A stretch of DNA of 64,000 bases, from positions 192,510,001 to 192,574,000 of the forward strand of contig OX597815.1 of assembly GCA_951406725.2 (NCBI GenBank), written 5' to 3'. The notes beneath the pieces are model-generated. The model ran no database searches, had not been told where the DNA came from, and worked only from the letters and a program-made list of their open reading frames with translations. The position numbers were made by a program, and so were the translations under genes. The DNA comes from Octopus vulgaris. Lineage: Eukaryota. This document shows positions 12,891 through 24,035 of this stretch, piece by piece. How positions within the stretch are numbered: position 1 is the stretch's first letter; every line of letters starts with the position of its first letter.

Positions 12891-14218
12891 TGTTGGACAA
12901 AATAATGGAAGGAAAACTTTAGCTATTTTCTTCTATTAGCAAATATTCAGAACTGTTCTAGTTTGTGTATATTTGTTCATATGCATTATGCATGCCTTAC
13001 GCTTCATGATAAGTATTTTTGGCAGATATGAAATAGGTTAAAATGCACGAGCTATCTGATTTCCGAAAACAACAAATTTTTAAAGCGTTGATAACCAGAG
13101 CTTCAGTTACTAAAACTGCTGAATAGTTTCATGTTTCGAGAAGTACAGTGTCTTAAATCATGTTAGCATTTCTAAACCAAGTTCTACCAGTTCTGGTAAA
13201 CATGATTCTGGGCGGAAGGTAAAGCTCACAGAGAGAAACCGTCGAATGCTGAAACGTATTGGTGTCTAAAAACCATCGAACTACGATAGCAAAAGTGACA
13301 GCGAGCTAAACCATCATTTTACCCACCCTTTGTCAAAACAAAACGACTCTTTGTGTGTTCCATGAATCTGGACATAATGGAGGGACTGCAATTGCTAAAC
13401 CTCTGCCGCGGCCACTTATTGATAAGCGAGAAAAATGGTGTGTACATAAACGGTTCTCAACCGTTTTAAGATCTGGGTTAGATCCAAAACCTGGATTGTT
13501 TTTAGGGGTCGCACCAAGAAAAGTGAAACAGAAGTTAAAGAAAAATTTATTGTATTTATCGAGGGAAGAATATCGGGAGCCGCCGGAAGGATGATTGAGG
13601 GCCGCAGTTGAGAACCGCTGATCTAGATTATTATAAGTGGTAAATTGTTCAATGGAAATATATTATCTTTTCTAATGAGACATCATTCACCTACTTTTCC
13701 CCACTTAGGGACGAGACCCTTCCATGAATTACGGAGGTGGTTTTGTGAGGATTTGGACAGCGATATCACGGCGGAATTCTCTTGACTCTTTAACTGTTCT
13801 ACATGTCAGAGTTAATGCCAAGAATTACCTGGTTGCTTTGGCTGACCATGTCCATCCTGTGGCACACATATTGCTCTTTGATGGCAGCACAATCTTCTAA
13901 GATGAGTCACATCGCTAATTTTATCCAAAATCGGTAAGAAGACCACAGAAGTGAAGCAGATCACTTGGACTATCGCCCTAAATCACCGGATCTGAATATT
14001 GTCGAAAATTTATGGTGCATTTTGGATTAGTAGGTGAGGATCCACTTCTCTCTGCCATCGCCGTTTAAAGTACTAAAGCGGATTTTACATGAAGAATGTC
14101 TAAAAATTCCCCTACCATTCTCGAGGTATTAAAACAGTCTGATGCTAAAGATGGACCGATTTCGTATTAAATAATAAAATTTTCTATTTAAAAGGTGTTT
14201 TCATTATTTTGTTCAAAC
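12891..14218 (+). mobile_element. Degenerate Tc1-family DNA transposon
   Basis: TIR-like ends ttggacaaaataatggaa / tttcattattttgttcaa; transposase relic PKSPDLNIVENLW at ~13977-14015. Confidence 0.75.
13448..13620. mobile_element. hAT-Charlie-like MITE nested in the Tc1 relic
   Basis: Ends cggttctcaac / gttgagaaccgctg. Confidence 0.55.
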
Positions 14219-14778
14219 TCGGGGTCGATAAATAAAGTACCAGTGAAACACTGGGGACGATGTCATCGACTAGTCCTCCTCCCCAAAATTTCAGGTCTTG
14301 TGCCTTTAGTAGAAAGGATTACTTTGTTGGCAGAATCGTTAGTGCGCCGGCCAATATGCTCACCGGCATTTCGTCCTTCCTTGCGTTCTGAGTTCAAATT
14401 CCGCCGAGGTCGACTTTGCTTGTCATCCTTTCGGGGTCAGTGAAATAAGTACCTGTTACGTACTGGGACCAATGTAAACGTCTCGCCCCCTCCCATAAAA
14501 TTTCAGACCTTGTGCCTATAGTCTTTGAGCAAGACGCTTTACTTGACGTTGTTCCAGTTCACTCAGATGGCAAAAATGAGTGGTACATGCGATTCAAAGA
14601 GCTAGTCTTGTCCCATTCTATGTCATGCTGAATTACCGTGAGAACTACGTTAAGGTTCCGTGTGTCTGTGGAGTGCTCGGCCACCTACACCTTAATTTCA
14701 CGAGGGCCTGTTCCGTTGATCGTGAGCATATATACGTATGTATATATAGGTATACCTATGTGATAGTATATAAATGAA

Positions 14779-15409
14779 CAAGGCGGCAAGCTGGCAGAAA
14801 CGTTAGCACGCCGGGCGAAATGCTTAGTGGTATTTCGTCTGCGTTACGTTCTGAGTTCAAATTCCGCCGAGGTCGACTTTGCCTTTCACCCTTTCGGGGT
14901 CGATAAATTAAGTACCAGTTACGCACTGGGGTCGATGTAATCGACTTAATACCTCTGTCTGTCCTTGTTTGTCTCCTCTGTGTTTAGCTCCTTGTGGGTA
15001 GTAAAGAAATAGGTATTTCGTCTGTCTACGTTCTGAAATCAAATTCCGTCGGGTCGACTTTACCTTTCATCCTTTCGGAGTCGATAAATTAAGTACCAGT
15101 TGCGCACTAGTTTCGATGTAATCAACTTAATCCGTTTGTCTGTCCTTTTTCGTCCCCTGTATGTTTAGCCCCTTGTGGGCAATAAAGAAATAAGAAACGT
15201 TAGCACGCCGGGTAAAATGCTTAGCGGTATTTCGTCTGCGTTACGTTGTGAGTTCAAATTCCGCCGAGGTCGACTTTGCCTTTCACCCTTTCGGGGTCGA
15301 TAAATTAAGTACCAGTTACGCACTGGGGTCGGTGTAATCGACTTAGTACCTCTGTCTGTCCTTGTTTGTCTCCTCTGTGTTTAGCCCCTTGTGGGTATTA
15401 AAGAAATAG
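14779..15409 (+). mobile_element. Family B SINE trimer (Meta-domain-like core)
   Basis: Three bodies with gcctttcaYcctttcggggtcgataaattaagtaccag; TSD gtatataaatgaa at 14766-14778 and 15410-15422. Confidence 0.88.
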
Positions 15410-16329
15410 GTATATAAATGAAGCAATATGTGTGTTTAGCTTTTGCTATCCTTCAAACTTTTCAGCATCGTTTCAACATAGAAAGGAAAAAATGGAAAAT
15501 GAAGAAACCTACAGAATTTGGACGTGGATGTTTTTCAAAAACGAACAACACATTTTCCTGTCCACAATACCGAATGAATTAACGGCCTGGCATGAAGTAC
15601 CGGCGAGGGTAGCAGTGTCAGGCTCCTTCATACACCAAATGACCCGTCAACCAAAGGAAAAACCAGATGCAGGATTGATCATATGAAATCCCACCAGAGA
15701 GAAGAAATCAGCCAAAGAAGAATGATGTGCAAAACTACAAAAATCACGGTGGTGCTCCAGTATGACCGTAGCGTAGCCGCATGACTGAAACGAAAAAACG
15801 AACAAAAGAATCTTCCTCAGCTCTGTCATAGAACAACGGATATACTTAGATTAAACTCTAAAAGACTATCTTTAAGAAACTGAAAATATACACGAAATAG
15901 AATTGACATAAAAAATTCAACATGGAGATAAACTACACAAACTCGAAGGCTCTGTCATCTACGAAAGGAATTATATCCCTGGTTGGTGTTTTCTTTGGTT
16001 ATATACTTCGTTCTTCATTCTTGGTTCTATTCTTAGTTTTGTTCTTCCAGTGTTCATATTAGTTTATATTCTTGGCTCTTTATCTTCGAAGAATCATTAG
16101 TTTTTCATCATTTGTTTGTACTTTTCTTACTTGGGTTATTTTTTTTTTAGTTCTCCGGCCATCACTAGGATTCTTCATTGTTTGCTTGCTCTTTGGATTT
16201 TATCGTTCTTTAACAGTAGGATGTTTATATTTTACTGATTTCATGGCTCATTTCTCACGTTTTACACACGCACATAAATGTATATACATATACACACATG
16301 TAGATATATATATATTTCCTCCAAGTAAG

Positions 16330-16635
16330 TTTATATACATATATATATATACAATATATACACACACACATATACACACACACATACATGTATATATACA
16401 CACACATGAATATATATACACATACACATGAATATATATATATATATACACATGAATATATATATATATATATACACATACACATGAATATATATATATA
16501 TATATACACACATACACATGAATATATATATATATATATACACACATACACATGAATATATATATATATATATACACATACACATGAATATTATATACAT
16601 GTATATATAAAGATGAATATATATATATATAAAGA

Positions 16636-16669
<34 letters not shown>

Positions 16670-16710
16670 TATGAATATATTTGTATAATATAAATATACA
16701 CACATATTAT
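16330..16710. repeat. Higher-order microsatellite [cacatacacatgaa(ta)n]
   Basis: About six repeated units. Confidence 0.85.
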
Positions 16711-17401
16711 ATGTTTATTGAAGAAGGTAAACTGTTCCTCTCTGGTTATTCTGTATTCGGTCATTTTTATCTGCCATTTTCTTTTGCTGTTCTAATTATT
16801 GTTTCATCATTGGTGCAATATATTTCTCCGTCTTTGGGTATATAATTGCTTTCCTTTTTCATAATTCAGTTAGGTTGTTTTTCTTTTAATCTTTTGTTAT
16901 ATTCTTTGTTCTTCAAGCATGGGTTTTTCATCTTCGATCTTTCTGTTTGCTTTTCCCTTTTTACTTGATGGCTCTTCAGTTTGCACAATCCTTATCTCTT
17001 ACACAAGAATCCTACACCTTAACTACAAACGTAAATTATTCCTATTTAAAAACTTTCTTGCACACCACGTTTTCTACTGTTCTTCCTATGATAACCTTAT
17101 ACGATAACCTGTCATTAGACTGCGGCCATGCTGGGGCACCGCCATGAAGAATCTTAGCCGAACGAATCGACTCCAGTACTTACTTTTTCTTTAGCCTGAT
17201 ACTTAATCTGTCGGTATCTTTTGCCGAACCGTTAAGTTATAGGAGCGTAAGTACACTAACACCGGTGGGGGGGGGAACAAACACAGACACTAAGACACAC
17301 ACACACACACACACACACATACATATACATGTGTGTTGAATAAAATGGGACAACAAAGCCAAGGCAGTGTGAAATTTCTAGGACATTTATTTAGAGAGAG
17401 G

Positions 17402-17453
17402 TCGTCTTACAGCTGTTTCAAGGATATAAAGGATATCCCATCGTCAGAGACGA
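17402..17453 (-). ncRNA. Minimal type I hammerhead ribozyme (PLE-type)
   Basis: Minus strand TCGTCT-CTGACGA-T-GGGATAT/ccttt/ATATCCT-T-GAAAC-AGCT-GTA-AGACGA; 6-bp stem I. Confidence 0.85.
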
Positions 17454-17630
17454 TATGAGAGAATTAAACAAGGAAATAGAGTTCAATATGAGAAGTTATT
17501 TTGATAGTGACATCCAACATATGTTTTTATTTTTATTCTTATATTTCCCTTTATACTTCCTTTATCCCTTCCTTTCAAAAATAACTTATATTGAACCCTA
17601 TTATTTCCTTCTATTTATCTCTCTTATATC

Positions 17631-17678
17631 GTCTCTGATGATGGGATATCTTTTATATCCCCGAAACAGCTGTAAGAC
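17631..17678 (+). ncRNA. Minimal type I hammerhead ribozyme (PLE-type)
   Basis: GTCT-CTGATGA-T-GGGATAT/ctttt/ATATCCC-C-GAAAC-AGCT-GTA-AGAC; intact core, palindromic stem III ACAGCTGT, predicted cleavage after 17674. Confidence 0.85.
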
Positions 17679-17749
17679 TACCTTTCTCTTTATGAAAGTT
17701 CTAGAATTGTCACACTGCCTTGGCTTTGTTCTCATTGTATTCAACATAT

Positions 17750-17915
17750 AGGCGCAGGAGTGGCTGTGTGGTAAGTAGCTAGCTAACCAACCACATGGTT
17801 GTGGGTTCAGTCCCACTGCGTGGCATTTTGTGCAAGTGTCTTCTGCTATAGCCCCGGGCCAACCAATGCCTCGTGAGTGGATTTGGTAGACGGAAACTGA
17901 AAGAAGCCTGTCGTA

Positions 17916-17961
<46 letters not shown>

Positions 17962-18181
17962 TATGTATGTGTGTGTGTGTGTGTGTGTGTTGTGTCCCCC
18001 TAGCATTGCTTGACAACCGATGCTGGTGTGTTTACGTCCCCGTCACTTAGCGGTTCGGCAAAAGAGACCGATAAAATAAGTACTGGGCTTACAAAAAGAA
18101 TAAGTCCCGGGGTCGATTTGCTCGACTAAAGGCGGTGCTCCAGCATGGCCGCAGTCAAATGACTGAAACAAGTAAAAGAGT
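17750..18181 (+). mobile_element. Family A SINE (further copies at 27775-28112 -, 33693-34107 +, degenerate copies elsewhere)
   Basis: Matches the family A consensus. Confidence 0.85.
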
Positions 18182-18518
18182 ATATACATGCTCACACACG
18201 ACCCACATTAGACTCCTCACTCACACTATTATCGAACCGGGAGTCTAACAGCAGTCCTTCCGTAGCACAACGTACTTTCAGTTTCTATCTGCCAAATCCA
18301 CTCACAAGGCTTTGGTCAACCCGAGGCTATATTAGAAGACACTTGTCGAAGGTACCGCGCAGTGGGACTGAACCTGATACCATGGGTTGGGAAGCAAACT
18401 TCTTATCACATTGCCATACTACGCCTACATATAAAAATATATATATATATGTGAGTGTGTACATATATACACAAGCATTTATATATATATATATATATAT
18501 AGATATATATACACAAGC

Positions 18519-18549
<31 letters not shown>

Positions 18550-18620
18550 CAAGCATTTATATATATATATATATATATATATACACAAGCATATATATAT
18601 ATATATATATATACACAAGC

Positions 18621-18651
<31 letters not shown>

Positions 18652-18657
18652 AGATTT

Positions 18658-19364
18658 AAAAAGGTTTGAAAATGCAATTTAAACGATGTTTATTTACTTA
18701 ACCGGTTTCATATATATTTGGTAAAAGATTGTCAAAAGTTACATTTAAGGAAACATTGAATAATATGGGTTCAAAAAAGTTTTTTTTAAAAGAATTGTCA
18801 CATTGAATATTATGCATTCAAAAAAGTTTTTACATAATTGTCACATTGGATATTATGCATTCAAAAAAGTTTTTACATAATTGTCACATTGGATATTATG
18901 AATTCAAAAATGTTTTTTTATACATAATTGTCACATTACATGTATAAATATAGTGTTTGGTAACAGAGAAGTTCAATAGTGTGATGAGAATATTTGGGAA
19001 AATTTGGCAGAAAAGGATAAAACAAATATATTATTGGGAATTGGTTGCGTTAATTATTGGTTGTCGCAAATTGTCACATTACATGTATATATATACAATC
19101 TTTGGTATATATATACAGCCTTTTGACAGCAAAAATTAAAATGGATTTTTTATACATCTCAGAATATTTTAAGTACAAGGCGAGAATATGTTTTTACTGA
19201 CCTGTCGGTATTAGCAGAAAGGCTGAACTGAGAGAACAGAGGAAGTAGCCAATGTGGTGTATACTTCCCCTTTATACATGAATGATTTTGGGGTTATCAG
19301 GAGGTTAGTATGCGGGTGTGAATAGATGTGTCCGTGCCCGCTGGTCAGATAGCGTCTGTTTGTC

Positions 19365-19399
<35 letters not shown>

Positions 19400-19567
19400 A
19401 CAACACACACACACACACATAGTAAACAAACACACACCACATACAAACAACACACACACACACACACAGAACACACACACCCACACACAACGCACCCACA
19501 TATATCACATATACACACAGCACACAAATATAATATGTATCTATATATAACATACACAGATATATAA

Positions 19568-19616
<49 letters not shown>

Positions 19617-20193
19617 CACACGCACACATACATACATAATATAAATATCACACAAATACACCTAGCATATATATACACACATACAATACACACATACAGC
19701 ATGTAAGTAATATACATACACAATATATGCATGCAATATACATACGCAGTACATACATATAATATATATATATAGACAATGCATATACATATATACACAT
19801 ATACATATAAATAGTGTTTACATACACATACATAGATGTACCACATATACACACAATACACATACATACAACGCTTACACATACACGTACGCATACATAT
19901 AATATATATATACACACACACAAACATAACATACATACACAATGTATACATATATATACACGCAATGCACATACATGTATTCATGCATATATAGCACACC
20001 TACAATATACATATATACAATGCACACATACACACACATATATACACTTAATTGTACACATACATATACAATACACATACATACAATATACATATACACA
20101 ATGCGCATGCAAATAATGTACATGTTTATACACACATAAACAAGCAAATAAATATACACACACACACATACACACACGCACATATATATACAC

Positions 20194-20227
<34 letters not shown>

Positions 20228-20580
20228 ATACATACATACATGCACATACATATATTTTTTCACACACATACACATACATATATATATATATAAAAAATTC
20301 ACACACCCCCACACACAAATTACAAACCTATAGCGTACACACTCAAATATATCTCTACATGCCGCACACACACACAAACAAAGTACTAACATATACACAC
20401 ATACCATGCATATGCACACATACCATGCATATACACACACAACACACACACACATATATATATATATAAAAACAAATACACATGTAAATACATACATACG
20501 TACACAATGCTCACACACACACACATACACACACACCTGCACACAGTGCACACACACCCGCACACAGTGCACACACACAC
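18658..20580 (-). repeat. PLE pseudo-LTR, left arm (3' region of the element)
   Basis: Reverse complement of 23892-25574, including unique blocks (19200-19365 vs 24910-25080) and the cryptic CA/TA microsatellite. Confidence 0.93.
18790..18940. repeat. ~43-bp tandem repeat inside the pLTR
   Basis: aattgtcacattgRatattatgcattcaaaaaagtttttacat, about 3-4 copies; mirrored at ~25340-25480. Confidence 0.85.
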
Positions 20581-20934
20581 ACATATATACACACGTGCAC
20601 ACACACATACACACAACGCGCGCGCACACACACACATACACACACACGCACACAGTGCAGACACACATACACACATATATATATACACCCGCGCACACAC
20701 ACACACAACGTGCACACACACACACACACACACACAACACTCACACACATACACACACATACATCACCTACATATATATAATGCATGCGTGTGCATGCCA
20801 CGTATGTGTGTGCGGTCAATGCCCGCTAGTGTGTCCTATGCGTGCCGATGCGCGCATGTGCCCGCCCGCACGATATGCTGTGAGCGTGCGCGCGTCCCTG
20901 TGTGCTTGCTCTGGATGTGTTTCCAGGGGGTATG

Positions 20935-21136
20935 TTAGAGTATGTTTAGTTGTGGTCTGTATTTTTGAATAAGATTACTTTCCTTAATTATTCGTGTTTG
21001 GTCTGTGGTGTTGTCCGAGCATTGGTATAGTGGGAAGACTAAGAATTTGGGGGACTTATTGTGTGCACAAAGGTCTAAGTGTCCACTTAGTGGTATCTGT
21101 CTTGTGGAGGGGTCCCTCAGTTGTTGTCGGTGAACA
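20935..21136 (-). pseudogene. Displaced C-terminus of the GIY-YIG domain (+1 frame)
   Basis: Removing one base near 21136 gives RDRMT-VHRQQLRDPSTRQIPLSGHLDLCAHNKSPKFLVFPLYQCSDNTTDQTRIIKESNLIQKYRPQLNIL*, restoring conserved H, H, E and LN; stop at 20935-20937. Confidence 0.88.
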
Positions 21137-23311
21137 TGTCATTCTGTCTCTGAGGGTAAGGCTCGTTTGCCCTATGTAGTCTTCGTGGCATTCTTCACAC
21201 CTTATGACGTAGAGTAAATTTTTTGATGCGCACGTGAAATTATTTTTTATGATGAATGTGTGTCCCGAGTGGAACTTGTACGATGATCCCTCAATGAGGT
21301 GGATGCAGGTCTTGCAGTTGGGGCGACCACATTTTTTGATGGTGGGCGGTGGGTTTGTGTTGTGTAATTTTGCGTTGGTGAGGAGGTTTTTTAGGGATTT
21401 AGGTTGTCTCTTACTTTTTATTATTTTATGAGCTGCCAGTATTTTTTTCAGGCGTGGGTCTTGATTTAGTTGTGGAATGTTGTTGTATATAATAGTGTAA
21501 GCTTCTGCATTCCTTGGGTTGTGTGTTGAGAGATAAGGGAGGCTATTGACTGTACTGTGGATGTGTTTGGGTTTTCGAAGGTCTTGAATGTTGATTGATT
21601 TGGCCCGTTCTATTCCGTTGTCTACTAGTGATGCCGGGTAATGTCTTTCGAGAAGAATTGCCCTTAGTTCCCGGAGTCTTCTATTTCGTGTTGTGTCATT
21701 TGAGACAATAGTGCAGATTCTTCTCGCTAGGTTGAAGGGGATATTTGTCTTTGTGTGTTTTGGGTGATTGGAGGTGAATAGAAGGTATTGTTTAGAGTCA
21801 GTGGGTTTGTAATGGATGTCAGTTTCAATGTTGACGCCTTTTTTAATGATTAGGATGTCAAGAAAAGGGAGTTGGTCCTGACTATATTCCATTGTGAATT
21901 GAATGTTGTTATTTACACTGTTGATAAGGTTTTTGAAGTCTATAAGTTGGTCGAGTGTGTGGGACCATAGGATGAGGCAATCATCTAAGTAGCGTTTCCA
22001 GTTCTCCAACAGGTATTTGTGGAAAGACTGGCCGTACTTATATTTGGATTTTTCATAGATATGTGATTCCAGGTAGGCCATCACCAGGTTTGCATAGGTA
22101 GGTGCAACTTTCGTACCCATTGCAGTTCCTGAGACCTGTCTGTAAGTGTTGTTGTGGAAATACATGAAGTTGTTTTGCAGAATAAATTTGAGGCCCTCAA
22201 TTATGAATTCTTTTTTAATTCTTTCCGGGATCTCATTGGGATATTTATCCAGCCAGAATTTAATGGCTTCCAGTCCAAATTCATGTGGGATTGTGGTGTA
22301 AAGATTAATAACATCAAAAGAAACGATTAAGGTGTCTTTATCGGCATGTTTGGGGAGATGGTTTAATAGGTCCAGGTCATCTCTTACAATACTTGGAATG
22401 TGTTTCAGTATTGGCTTTAAGATGATATCTATAAAGTTGCTAAGTCTGTGTGTTTCACAACTTGGGCCTGCCACTATTGGTCTCAGTTTGAGATCAGTGG
22501 GATGTGGTATAGTGATGCAGGTTGAAGTGGACTTTTTGCAAGCTTCTGTGATAATTTGACTCTTGTGTATTTTTGGAAGCCCATAGAGTGTGCTGGTTTT
22601 GCAATTAAATTTAGTAATGTAGTCGCATTCCTTTGCTGTCAAGTCATTCCGGTGTTGGTAAATGAGTGCCTTCAGATTGGTCATTGTTTTGGATTGCTGG
22701 TAGTCGACTACTCTTTCGTAGTATGTGGTATCCTCTAAAAGGAGAGATACAGAGTTTTTATATTGCTCAGTATTCATAACAACGACCGTACTACCCTTAT
22801 CAGTTTCCTTTATTGTGACGTCATGATTGTCTCGTAGCGTATGTATGATTTCCCATTCTCTTTTACTGGTGTTGGGTTTGAGTTTAGGTTGTGGGAGTTC
22901 ACCATAAGGGAAGTTGGAGATGTAATCGCAAAATTTGTCTAAGGTTTTGTTTTTGCCTTTTATGGGATTATAGTTGCTTTCGTTACAGACCATTGATTCG
23001 TCGTTATTATTAGTTTTCCTGTCAAAAAATTCCTCTGTGAGGCGTAATTTTCTGCAAAAGTGCGAGATGTCATCCTGTATTTCCCTCAGGTTAGGGTATT
23101 GCGGAGTTGGGGTGAATTTTAGTCCTCTTGAAAGGATTTTTATTTGTGGTGTCGACAGGTTTAGGTTAGAAAGATTCACTATTTTTAGTTTTTCGGGGTT
23201 GGTATCTACCATCTGGTGTCGTGGAAACTGATGCCCTTGCCTAAAAAGGAATCCTGGGGGTTCTTCTATTTGCGGTATTTTGCTGTATGTGATTCTGTCC
23301 CCCGTTGACAT
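21056..23311 (-). CDS. Penelope-like reverse transcriptase/GIY-YIG endonuclease (frameshifted near C-terminus)
   Basis: 751-aa ORF with PLE motifs LSRGLKFTPTP, IKETDKGSTVVVM (DKG), LYGLPKIHK, LRPIV, SFDVINLYTTIP, GTAMGTKVAPTYANL, RYLDD, LPFLDI, CGRPNCKTC linker and NLLYVIRCEECHEDYIGQT. Confidence 0.95.
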   Translation of the reverse strand: MSTGDRITYSKIPQIEEPPGFLFRQGHQFPRHQMVDTNPEKLKIVNLSNLNLSTPQIKILSRGLKFTPTPQYPNLREIQDDISHFCRKLRLTEEFFDRKTNNNDESMVCNESNYNPIKGKNKTLDKFCDYISNFPYGELPQPKLKPNTSKREWEIIHTLRDNHDVTIKETDKGSTVVVMNTEQYKNSVSLLLEDTTYYERVVDYQQSKTMTNLKALIYQHRNDLTAKECDYITKFNCKTSTLYGLPKIHKSQIITEACKKSTSTCITIPHPTDLKLRPIVAGPSCETHRLSNFIDIILKPILKHIPSIVRDDLDLLNHLPKHADKDTLIVSFDVINLYTTIPHEFGLEAIKFWLDKYPNEIPERIKKEFIIEGLKFILQNNFMYFHNNTYRQVSGTAMGTKVAPTYANLVMAYLESHIYEKSKYKYGQSFHKYLLENWKRYLDDCLILWSHTLDQLIDFKNLINSVNNNIQFTMEYSQDQLPFLDILIIKKGVNIETDIHYKPTDSKQYLLFTSNHPKHTKTNIPFNLARRICTIVSNDTTRNRRLRELRAILLERHYPASLVDNGIERAKSINIQDLRKPKHIHSTVNSLPYLSTHNPRNAEAYTIIYNNIPQLNQDPRLKKILAAHKIIKSKRQPKSLKNLLTNAKLHNTNPPPTIKKCGRPNCKTCIHLIEGSSYKFHSGHTFIIKNNFTCASKNLLYVIRCEECHEDYIGQTSLTLRDRMTCSPTTTEGPLHKTDTTKWTLRPLCTQ

Positions 23312-23891
23312 GTCTGTTGAAGAGGTTTTGGTTGTTGTGATTCTGTCCCCCGTTGCTATGTTGTCTGTTGAGGAGGTTTTGGTTGTTCCAGGGTCTGGGT
23401 TGTTGGTGTGGCCTCCTGGAAGAGTTTTGGTTATTCCAGGGTTTGGGTTGTTTGTCCTGGGTGTAATGTTGGTTCCTTAGAGTGGGTTGGAAACTATATT
23501 CATGGTTTAGAAGTGAATCCCTATATGTTGGGGGAGAACTCTGAGTTAGGAGCGGTTTGGGTTGGAATCTACAATCATAGTTCAGAGATGGGTTTCTAAG
23601 TGATGGGTAGGATCTCCGAATCTGGAACGGTTCTTGTGTGGGTTGGGGTCTACGTTGTCTGGTAAAGTTTTGTCGTGTGATGATGGGTGTCTCGGTTCTT
23701 TTGATGGGATTGTAGTGCTGTCTGTAAGTTCTGTTGTTGTTGTTATCGATGTTAGGGGTGGTGTGTGTTCGGTGTTTTGTGGTTGGTTTTCTTTGTTTTT
23801 GGCGAGGGGTGTGAGTTGAAGTAGATATTTTAAAATATGGGTTGCTTGAAAGGTGTTCCTTTGTGAACTCTGTTTCATAATTGGTGAACCA
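23241..23891 (-). CDS. 5'-truncated upstream ORF of the PLE (N/Q/P/R-rich), absent from the ORF track
   Basis: Manual translation: 216 stop-free codons from the inversion junction (WFTNYETEFTKEHLSSNPYFK...PWNNQN...NGGQNH...RRTPRIPF*), overlapping the start of the RT frame. Confidence 0.7.
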   Translation of the reverse strand, partial: WFTNYETEFTKEHLSSNPYFKISTSTHTPRQKQRKPTTKHRTHTTPNIDNNNNRTYRQHYNPIKRTETPIITRQNFTRQRRPQPTQEPFQIRRSYPSLRNPSLNYDCRFQPKPLLTQSSPPTYRDSLLNHEYSFQPTLRNQHYTQDKQPKPWNNQNSSRRPHQQPRPWNNQNLLNRQHSNGGQNHNNQNLFNRHVNGGQNHIQQNTANRRTPRIPF

Positions 23892-23994
23892 GTGTGTGTG
23901 TGTGCACTGTGTGCGGGTGTGTGTGTATTTGTGTGTGTGTGTGTGTGTGTGAGCATTGTGTACGTATGTATGTATTTACATGTGTATTTGTTTT

Positions 23995-24035
<41 letters not shown>

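Larger units (their letters stand above)
17333..17748. mobile_element. Short inverted-repeat PLE-derived element carrying two HHRs
   Basis: ~17333-17506 and ~17572-17748 are diverged reverse complements around an AT-rich spacer; inserted in the CA/TA tract of a SINE. Confidence 0.8.

Noticed and set aside
14779-15409. Regularly spaced repeats resembling a CRISPR array or retrozyme
   Set aside because: Units are whole SINE bodies with no unique spacers, no cas genes and no HHR core
21056-23311. Telomerase, or a selenoprotein-type (Naiad) PLE
   Set aside because: A GIY-YIG domain is present, telomerase-specific motifs are not seen, and the RT ORF has no in-frame TGA
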